Below, piece by piece: positions 29,445 to 36,344 of a DNA stretch of 64,000 nucleotides (position 1 is its first letter; every line of letters starts with the position of its first letter). Source of the DNA: an uncultured Rhodospirillaceae bacterium. Its GTDB lineage: Bacteria; Pseudomonadota; Alphaproteobacteria; JAEULC01. Both the position numbers and the translations under genes were made by a program. Location of the stretch: assembly GCA_964557415.1 (NCBI GenBank), contig CAZLBB010000002.1, positions 25,645 through 89,644 of the forward strand. Reading direction: 5' to 3'. Below the pieces are notes generated by a model. The model ran no database searches. It saw only the letters and a list, made by a program, of their open reading frames with translations, and was not told where the DNA came from.

Positions 29445-32081
29445 CTAGCGTCCGGCGCCGCCTTCGCCGACCAGCACGAACGGCGCCCAGAACATCGGGT
29501 GGGTCATCTGCCGCGGCGTCTTCGGATCGTCGAGCAGCGCCAGCATGGAGCGGCGCAGCGCCTCGGCGCGGCCGATGCCCGGCTCGCGGTCCAGCGCCGC
29601 CACCGCCCCGGTCGTCAGCTTCACCGCCGCGTCGCTCGCCACGTACCAGTTCGACACCAGCAACGAGCGCGCGCCCGCGTAGAAGAACGCCTTGGCCAGA
29701 CCCGACAGGCCCTCCGCCCCCGGCGTCGCGTCGGGCGCGGCGGTGTTGCAGGCGCTCAGGATCACCCAGTCGGCGTCGAGCTTGAGCTGCGCCACTTCCG
29801 AGGCGGTCAGCAGCCCGTCGTCCTGGGGCGTCCCGGTCTCCGGCGGCGTCAGCACCAGCGAGGGCTCGGCGAAGTCGACGATCTCGCCCGCCATCAGGCC
29901 ATGCGTGGCGAAGGCCAGCACGCGGAAGCGCGACAGGTCGGTCGACTTCACCCTGGTCTCGGTCGCGTCCTTGCCCGTCCAGACATGGCCGGGCGAAGCC
30001 CGCATGTAGCGCGCGAGCTCCGCCAGCTCCTTGCCCGATTCCGGCAGCGGCTCGAGCTGCTGCAGCGCGCCGGAGTCGACGACGAAGCCGCGCATCACGA
30101 TAGCAGGGCCGCCCCGGCTCGGGCCGGGCGTGGATTCGCCGCGCCCGGCGAGCGCGGGGTCGCCGAAGCCCGCGAACGGTTCGCGCTTGGCCGACGCGGC
30201 GGCGGTCGCCCGCAGCGCCTGCAGCGACGACACCGAGGGCAGCACCGAGATGGCATACTTGCGCGACAGCCAGTCGGCGCCGCGGTAATCCGGGTCCGCC
30301 GCCTTGCCCTTCGGTGCGCTTGACGTGAGCAGGCCGAAGGGCAGGCTCTGCAGCGGCCCGTCCGGCACGACCAGCAGATGGCGCACGCCGGCAAGAGCAG
30401 CTTCGCCCGGCGCGATCAGGTCGCGATAGAGCAGGTGCGCCTGGTCGAGCGGCACGGATTGGAAGTCGCGGTTTTCGGCCGGATTGAGCGTCGCGCGCAG
30501 CGCCTTCACCGCCTGCTCCAGCGACGCGCGCGTCGTCTTGAGATGCAGCCAGAGGGTGCGCTCGCGACGCACGATCCATACGAACGCGTCGTCGTCGCGC
30601 ACCAGGTAGAGCAGCAGCGCCTCGTCGGGACCGAGGAGTTGCTTGGTCTGGCTGAGCTTGAGCGGCCGCGCCGCGGCGAGTTCGGCGTAGCCGGGAAAGT
30701 CCCTGGCGAGCGTCTTGTCGAGGGAGGCGAGGCGCCGGCCGAGCGCGACGACCTCTTCGCGCGCGGCGGACTCCTCTGCGGCGTTGCGCTCCTGCGGCGG
30801 CTTCGAGAGGAGCTCGAGCAGCGTCCGGTCGAGGAACTGCCGCCGCGCGAGCGCGTCCTCGCGCTCGCGGACCAGCTGGGCGAGCGGCCCGGTGCCCGAG
30901 GCGAAGCGCGCGGACATGCGCGCGAGCGCGCCGGCAACGCCGCCGGTCTGCGCCCATTGCGCCATCTCATAGGCTTCCGACATCAGCTCGTCCTTCTGGG
31001 CCGGAGCCGCGCGCAGCGATGCGAGGTGCGCCAGCCCCGCATGGGCCGCAAAGAGGACGCGCGCCGAACGGCGCTCGGTCTCGGCGCCCTCGTCGTAGCG
31101 CTGGTCGTCGTTGTCGCGCCGGGCGCGCGCGATCTCGGTGGCGCGGCGGATCGCCACGAGCGCTTCCTCGGGCCGGTTCAGCTGCGCCAGCGCACGCGCG
31201 TGACCGCCGTAAGCCCGGGCGGTCTCGGGATGCTGGGGCCCGAGCGACTCCTCGCGGATCACCGCCACCCGGCGGAACAGCGCCTCGGCAGCGACATGGT
31301 CGCCCTGGGCCAGCTTCACCTGCCCTAGCGCGAACACGGCCAATGCGGTTCGCGCATGCCGCGGCCCCAGCTTGCCTTCCTGGATCTTGACCGCGCGTTC
31401 GGCGGACGCGGCCGCCTCGTCCAGCCGGCCCAGCCCGCGCAGGGCCATGGAAAGGCCGATCAGGTTCACGCCGACATAGGTGTGATCGCGCCCGAGCTTC
31501 TCCTCGCGGATGGCCAGCGCGCGCCGCAAAACCGACTCGGCCTCGTCGAAGCGCTTCAGCTGCCGCAGCACCCGCGAATAGTGGCCGAGGGTGCTCGCGA
31601 GGTCGTCGCTGCCCGGCTGATGCTGCTCGCGCAATTCCACGGCGCGGCGCATCAGGGGCTCGGCTTCCAGCGCCCGCCCCTGCAGCCACAGATTGTTACC
31701 GAGCACCGTCAGCGCCCCGCCGACCGCGCGGGGATCGGCGCCTTCCCGTTCCGCAAGCATCAGCGAGCGGCGCAGGATGGGCTCGGCCTCGGCGTAACGG
31801 CCCTGCTCGGCGATGCTGTAGCCGAGACGGTTCAGGATGGCCGGCAGCGGCGGGCCGCGCGTGACCCGGCCCTGCTCGCGGTCCTCGAGCAGCCGGCGGA
31901 ACAGCTTCTCGGCCTCGACGAAGTTGCCCTTCTCGTAGACCGCGAGCGCCTGCTCGAATGCCTGGCGCTGGCCGCCGGCCTGTCCCTGTCCGCGGCCGAT
32001 GCCTTCCCGGTTCTGCGCCAGCGCGGGCGGAGCGCACAGCGCCACGGCGAGCGCGATGCCCGCCAAGAGCATGCGAAGCAT
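29445..32081 (-). CDS. TPR-repeat plus CHAT (caspase-like) domain protein with predicted signal peptide
   Basis: About 879 aa from MLRMLLAGIAL (AGGA RBS); kinesin-light-chain-like TPR repeats; CHAT His (FATHG) and Cys (LSACNT). Confidence 0.88.
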   Translation of the reverse strand: MLRMLLAGIALAVALCAPPALAQNREGIGRGQGQAGGQRQAFEQALAVYEKGNFVEAEKLFRRLLEDREQGRVTRGPPLPAILNRLGYSIAEQGRYAEAEPILRRSLMLAEREGADPRAVGGALTVLGNNLWLQGRALEAEPLMRRAVELREQHQPGSDDLASTLGHYSRVLRQLKRFDEAESVLRRALAIREEKLGRDHTYVGVNLIGLSMALRGLGRLDEAAASAERAVKIQEGKLGPRHARTALAVFALGQVKLAQGDHVAAEALFRRVAVIREESLGPQHPETARAYGGHARALAQLNRPEEALVAIRRATEIARARRDNDDQRYDEGAETERRSARVLFAAHAGLAHLASLRAAPAQKDELMSEAYEMAQWAQTGGVAGALARMSARFASGTGPLAQLVREREDALARRQFLDRTLLELLSKPPQERNAAEESAAREEVVALGRRLASLDKTLARDFPGYAELAAARPLKLSQTKQLLGPDEALLLYLVRDDDAFVWIVRRERTLWLHLKTTRASLEQAVKALRATLNPAENRDFQSVPLDQAHLLYRDLIAPGEAALAGVRHLLVVPDGPLQSLPFGLLTSSAPKGKAADPDYRGADWLSRKYAISVLPSVSSLQALRATAAASAKREPFAGFGDPALAGRGESTPGPSRGGPAIVMRGFVVDSGALQQLEPLPESGKELAELARYMRASPGHVWTGKDATETRVKSTDLSRFRVLAFATHGLMAGEIVDFAEPSLVLTPPETGTPQDDGLLTASEVAQLKLDADWVILSACNTAAPDATPGAEGLSGLAKAFFYAGARSLLVSNWYVASDAAVKLTTGAVAALDREPGIGRAEALRRSMLALLDDPKTPRQMTHPMFWAPFVLVGEGGAGR

Positions 32082-32159
32082 GTCCCGTTTCCTAGAGATG
32101 CGAGGCCCCGCGTTCCTCGATTTCGGTTGCCGGCTCTTCGGCGGTCCTTCGACAATACC

Positions 32160-32202
32160 AAAATAGCAGCGATCCGCCCGCAGCGCTGTGACGCGCGACA
32201 CA
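32160..32202 (-). promoter_or_regulatory. Putative class II CRP-type promoter of the TPR-CHAT gene
   Basis: TGTGA-CGCGCG-ACACA at 32187-32202 (9/10 to TGTGA-N6-TCACA); minus-strand TATTTT at 32165-32160 fits -12..-7 for a site centred at -41.5. Confidence 0.6.
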
Positions 32203-32212
32203 CGCGGGCGCA

Positions 32213-32938
32213 TCAGTCCTCGATCCGCTCCGCCAGGTGGCGCGCGCCGGCCTGCCCCGCGGCGGCCGTGTCGGGCGGCGTGACGATGCCGCCGGAGACG
32301 ACCAGCTTGATGCCGTCCTCCACCGACATCGACAGCGGCACGATGTCCTGCCGCGGCACGAACACCAGGTAGCCCGAGGTCGGATTCGGCGTCGTCGGCA
32401 CGAAGACGTTCACCACCTCGTCCTCGGTCAGGCGCTGGATCTCGCCCTTGGTCACCCCGGTGATGAAGCCGATGGCCCAGCATCCGCGCCGCGGGAACTC
32501 GACCAGGACGACCTCGCGGAAGCTGGTCGCGTTCTGCCCGACGACCGTCTCGATCACCTGCTTGCTGGCCGAATAGATGCCGCGCACGATCGGCATGCGC
32601 GCGACGATGCGCTCGCCCAGCCGGATCATCGCCCGGCCCAGGAAGCCCGCGGTCAGCATGCCGATCATCGTCAGCCCGATCAGCAGCGCGATCAGCCCGA
32701 GGCCGGGGATGCTGAACGGCAGGTAGGTCTCGGGATTGTAGATCGCCGGGATGAGCGGCTTGATCTTGTCGTCGACGAAGACGAGGAACAGCCAGGCGAG
32801 GTAGGAGGTGATGCCGATCGGCGCCGTGACCAGCACGCCGGCCAGGAAATAGGCGCGCAGCCGGCCCAAGGGGCCGATCTTGCCGGGCGGCGCCTCCTCC
32901 GGCGCGGGCGGCACGGTGTTGGACGGCAGTTCCGTCAT
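32213..32938 (-). CDS. DUF502 family membrane protein
   Basis: YFLAGVLVTAPIGIT, PIVRGIY, VLVEFPRRG, VFVPTTPNPTSG, VVSGG. Confidence 0.9.
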   Translation of the reverse strand: MTELPSNTVPPAPEEAPPGKIGPLGRLRAYFLAGVLVTAPIGITSYLAWLFLVFVDDKIKPLIPAIYNPETYLPFSIPGLGLIALLIGLTMIGMLTAGFLGRAMIRLGERIVARMPIVRGIYSASKQVIETVVGQNATSFREVVLVEFPRRGCWAIGFITGVTKGEIQRLTEDEVVNVFVPTTPNPTSGYLVFVPRQDIVPLSMSVEDGIKLVVSGGIVTPPDTAAAGQAGARHLAERIED

Positions 32939-32992
32939 GGCGCAGCAACTATCACCAAGCGCGGCCCTGTCGCAATGCGGCCGTTTGCGCCG

Positions 32993-33865
32993 TCATTGCT
33001 GGAAGAACGCCAGCAGCGCATCGGCGGTCTCGCCCGGCGCTTCCTCGGGCAGGAAATGCCCCGAGTCGACCGCCCGGCCGCGCACGTCATCGGCCCGCCG
33101 GCGCCATTCCGCCAGCACGTCGTAGCGCCGGCCGACGAAGCCCTTCGCGCCCCAGAGTGCCAGCAGCGGCATGGCGAGCTTGCGCCCGAGATCGGCCGCG
33201 TCGTGCGCCAGGTCGATGGTCGCCGCGGCGCGATAGTCCTCGCAGCTGCCGTGGATCGCGGCGGGATCGGAAAAGCAGCGGATGTACTCGGCGCGCGCCT
33301 CGGGCGTGACGGCGGCATCGTCCCGGCCCCAATGGCCGAGCTTGGTGTTGATCCACCAGGCCGGGTCGGCGCCGATCAGCTTCTCCGGCAGGGGCGCCTT
33401 CTGGATCAGGAAGAACCAATGGTAGTAGGCCGTGGCGAACTCCTTGTCGGTGCCCGCATACATCGCATGCGTCGGGCTGATGTCGAGAACGGCAAGCTTC
33501 GCGACCCGCTCGCCGTGATCGAGCGCCAGCCGATGCGCCACCCGCCCGCCGCGGTCGTGACCGGCGAGGCCGAAGCGCCGGAAGCCAAGCGCCTCCATGG
33601 CCTCGATCTGGTCCTTGGCCATGGCGCGCTTGGAATATCCGGCGTGGTCCGGCCCCCCGGGCGGCTTGAAGCTGTCGCCATAGCCGCGCAGATCGGCGCA
33701 GACGACCGTGAAGGTCCGGGCCAGGACCGGCGCCACCTTGTGCCACATGACATGCGTCTGCGGATAGCCGTGCAGCAGCAGAAGCGGCGGTCCGGAGCCA
33801 GCGACGACCAGGTTGATCTCGCCTTCGGCGACCGGGACGCGCCGATGCCGAAATCCCTCGAACAT
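32993..33865 (-). CDS. Haloacetate (probable fluoroacetate) dehalogenase, alpha/beta hydrolase
   Basis: HGYPQT, GHDRGGR nucleophile elbow, LDI, YYHWFF, EDYRA, GHFLPEE. Confidence 0.82.
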   Translation of the reverse strand: MFEGFRHRRVPVAEGEINLVVAGSGPPLLLLHGYPQTHVMWHKVAPVLARTFTVVCADLRGYGDSFKPPGGPDHAGYSKRAMAKDQIEAMEALGFRRFGLAGHDRGGRVAHRLALDHGERVAKLAVLDISPTHAMYAGTDKEFATAYYHWFFLIQKAPLPEKLIGADPAWWINTKLGHWGRDDAAVTPEARAEYIRCFSDPAAIHGSCEDYRAAATIDLAHDAADLGRKLAMPLLALWGAKGFVGRRYDVLAEWRRRADDVRGRAVDSGHFLPEEAPGETADALLAFFQQ

Positions 33866-33978
33866 CCGTCCTCCAAGACCCTTCGCGCTCGCGACCTTAA
33901 CACCCTGGAATCCGGCTCGCCAATCGCCCGGCTGGCGTTATAAAGTCCCGCGAAAGCAGGGGGCCGGAGGCTAGGTCG

Positions 33979-34680
33979 ATGTCGGACGCGGCGGAACGCA
34001 GCCTGAACGGGATTCCGCTGTTCGCGGACATGAAGCCGGAGCAGCGCGCGGCGCTCGAGCAGCAGGCCGTGTTCCGACGCTACATCGCCGGCGAGCAGAT
34101 CATCGACCGTCAATCCGACAGTCGCGACATGTTCTGCGTCGTGCGCGGCACCGTGCGCGTCGTGATCTACTCGGCTTCCGGACGCGAGGTCAGCTTCGAC
34201 GACATCGACGCCGGCGGCTACTTCGGCGAGCTGGCCTGCCTCGACAGCCGGCCGCGCTCGGCTTCGGTCGTGGCGCTCACCAACACCGTCGTCGCCGCCA
34301 TATCGCCGCCGGTGCTGGAGCGGGCGCTGCTCGAGCACCCGAAGATGGCGCTGATCCTGATGCGCCGCCTCGCCAAGGTGATCCGCCAGTCAACCGACCG
34401 CATCCTCGACCTCAGCACGCTTGGCGCCAACAACCGCGTCTATGCCGAGCTGCTGCGCCTGTCCAAGCCGAACGCCAAGGACATCGGCAGGACCGCGGTG
34501 ATCCGGCCGGTTCCCATTCACGGCGATATCGCCGCGCGCGTGAGCACCACGCGCGAGACGGTCGCCCGCGTGCTGAGCGACCTGTCGAAGAAGCAGCTCG
34601 TGATCAAGGAAGGCACCAGCCTGGTGATCAAGGACATCGACCGGCTGCGCGACATGGTCGAGCAGTTCCGTGGCGACTGA
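33979..34680 (+). CDS. Crp/Fnr family transcriptional regulator (cNMP-binding)
   Basis: FGELACLDSRPRSAS phosphate-binding cassette; HTH recognition helix TTRETVARVL. Confidence 0.9.
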   Translation: MSDAAERSLNGIPLFADMKPEQRAALEQQAVFRRYIAGEQIIDRQSDSRDMFCVVRGTVRVVIYSASGREVSFDDIDAGGYFGELACLDSRPRSASVVALTNTVVAAISPPVLERALLEHPKMALILMRRLAKVIRQSTDRILDLSTLGANNRVYAELLRLSKPNAKDIGRTAVIRPVPIHGDIAARVSTTRETVARVLSDLSKKQLVIKEGTSLVIKDIDRLRDMVEQFRGD

Positions 34681-34703
34681 CCGGCTTGCCGTGGGCCGCG
34701 GGC

Positions 34704-34746
34704 TGTGACGGCCGTCACTGCCAGCCGGGGGGGCCCATGCCATCCT
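34704..34746 (+). promoter_or_regulatory. Putative class II CRP-type promoter
   Basis: TGTGA-CGGCCG-TCACT at 34704-34719 (9/10 consensus; core 34705-34718 is a perfect palindrome); CATCCT at 34741-34746 fits -12..-7; predicted +1 A at 34753. Confidence 0.6.
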
Positions 34747-34752
34747 TGGTCC

Positions 34753-34932
34753 ATCGATGGGGTTTCCTGTCGATGTGAGAACCGGTGGGGCGGCCCGGCC
34801 TATCCTCAGCCAAGGCGTAAGTCGGTCCATCCCATTGGCTCTCCGGACAATCACCCGCGATTGTCCGACCTTTCGAAGCAGCCTCCTAGACGCACTTGGG
34901 AGCCAAGGCAACTTGGCTCCCAATTTTCTTTT
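34753..34932 (+). ncRNA. Candidate structured RNA (sRNA or attenuator/riboswitch leader)
   Basis: 9-bp hairpin 34844-34867, CCTCCT stretch, strong terminal hairpin with U-tract, alternative AGCCAA/TTGGCT pairings; 5' end inferred from promoter geometry; no family recognised. Confidence 0.5.
34896..34932 (+). terminator. Intrinsic terminator
   Basis: TTGGGAGCCAAG-GCAA-CTTGGCTCCCAA perfect 12-bp stem, GNRA loop, then TTTTCTTTT. Confidence 0.85.
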
Positions 34933-34958
34933 GTAACAATGAGTTCAAAGGTGATCCT

Positions 34959-36287
34959 GTGACAACGGTTGCAGTCCGCCCGAACATCGACCTGGCCAGT
35001 GCCGCCGCCGAGGCGGCAGCGCTCTACACCGAAGCCAATCCCAAGAGCCTCCAGCGCCATCACGCCGCGGCCGAAAGCATGCCCGGGGGCAACACCCGGA
35101 CCGTGCTGTTCTTCGCCCCCTATCCGCTCTGCTTCGTGCGCGGCGCGGGAGCCAGGCTCTGGGATGTAGACGGGCACGAATATGTCGATTTCCTGGGCGA
35201 GTACACGGCGGGCCTCTACGGCCACTCGCACCCGGTCATCACCGACGCCATCCGCCGGGCGCTCGACGACGGCATCGCGCTGGGCGGGCATACCCCGCAC
35301 GAGGCCGTGCTGGCCGCCGCCGTCAAGAGCCGCTTCGCGTCGGTCGATCTGATGCGCTTCTGCAATTCGGGCACGGAAGCCAATCTGCTGGCGATATCCG
35401 CCGCGCGGCTGTTCACCAGGCGCGACAAGATCCTGGCCTTTGCCGGCGGCTACCACGGCAGCGTACTGAGCTTCCCGTTCACCGCCCCGCCGGGCGGCAC
35501 GATCAACGTGCCCTTCCCCGTCGTCCTTGCCCCCTACAATGACCTCGCCGCGACCGAGGCGCTCATCGCGGCACACGCCAAGGACCTCGCGGCGATCATC
35601 ATCGAGCCGATGCTCGGGGGCGGCGGCTGCATCCAGGCCGCGCCCGAGTTCCTGGCGGCGCTGCGCCAAGCCTGCGACCGGCACGGGATCGTGCTGATCT
35701 TCGACGAGGTCATGACCTCGCGCCTGTCGCCCGGGGGCTTGCAGCAGCTGCGCGGCATCCGGCCCGATCTCACCAGCTTCGGCAAGTACCTGGGCGGCGG
35801 CTTGCCGACCGGCGCGTTCGGTGGCAGGGCCGACATCATGGAGCGCTTCGACCCGCGCCGGCCGGACGCCGTGGCCCATGCCGGCACGTTCAACAACAAC
35901 GTGCTGACCATGGCCGCCGGTGCCGCCGGCCTCACCCGCGTCTACACGCCCGAGGCGGCCGTGGCGCTCAACCGGTCGGGCGACGCCCTGCGCGAGCGGC
36001 TGAACGAGCTCATCCGGCGCCGCGGCGCCAGGGCCGTGGTCTCGGGCTGCGGCTCGATGATGAACTTCCATCCCGGGATCGACCGGCTGCCGCGGGCCCC
36101 GGCCGACATCGCGAAGATTCCCGGGCCGCTGCGCGACGTCTTCCATTTCGACATGCTGGCGCGCGGCATCCACGTCGCGCGCCGCGGCATGATCAACCTG
36201 TCGCTGCCGATGACCGAGCGGGACTTCGACCGCCTGGCCGGCGCGTTCGACGAGTTCCTGTCGGCGCGGGCTGGGCTCTTGGCCTAG
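34959..36287 (+). CDS. Class III PLP aminotransferase, beta-amino-acid (beta-phenylalanine-type) transaminase-like
   Basis: MPGGNTRTVLFFAPYP, NSGTEAN, FDEVMTSR, SFGKYLGGG (PLP Lys), HAGTFNNN; GTG start. Confidence 0.85.
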   Translation: MTTVAVRPNIDLASAAAEAAALYTEANPKSLQRHHAAAESMPGGNTRTVLFFAPYPLCFVRGAGARLWDVDGHEYVDFLGEYTAGLYGHSHPVITDAIRRALDDGIALGGHTPHEAVLAAAVKSRFASVDLMRFCNSGTEANLLAISAARLFTRRDKILAFAGGYHGSVLSFPFTAPPGGTINVPFPVVLAPYNDLAATEALIAAHAKDLAAIIIEPMLGGGGCIQAAPEFLAALRQACDRHGIVLIFDEVMTSRLSPGGLQQLRGIRPDLTSFGKYLGGGLPTGAFGGRADIMERFDPRRPDAVAHAGTFNNNVLTMAAGAAGLTRVYTPEAAVALNRSGDALRERLNELIRRRGARAVVSGCGSMMNFHPGIDRLPRAPADIAKIPGPLRDVFHFDMLARGIHVARRGMINLSLPMTERDFDRLAGAFDEFLSARAGLLA

Positions 36288-36344
36288 GCTGCCGCTGATC
36301 CAGCCGCCGGCTCTATGGGAGGCGTGCACGGATCGACCCGCGCG

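Noticed and set aside
29445-32948. 1167-aa version of the CHAT protein from the ORF track
   Set aside because: The first 289 codons overlap DUF502 in another frame. The real start is at 32081, with RBS and signal peptide.
34757-34936. 59-codon ORF spanning the candidate RNA (leader peptide)
   Set aside because: No RBS, atypical codon usage, no run of regulatory codons, and it reads through the terminator. Not excluded without ribosome profiling.
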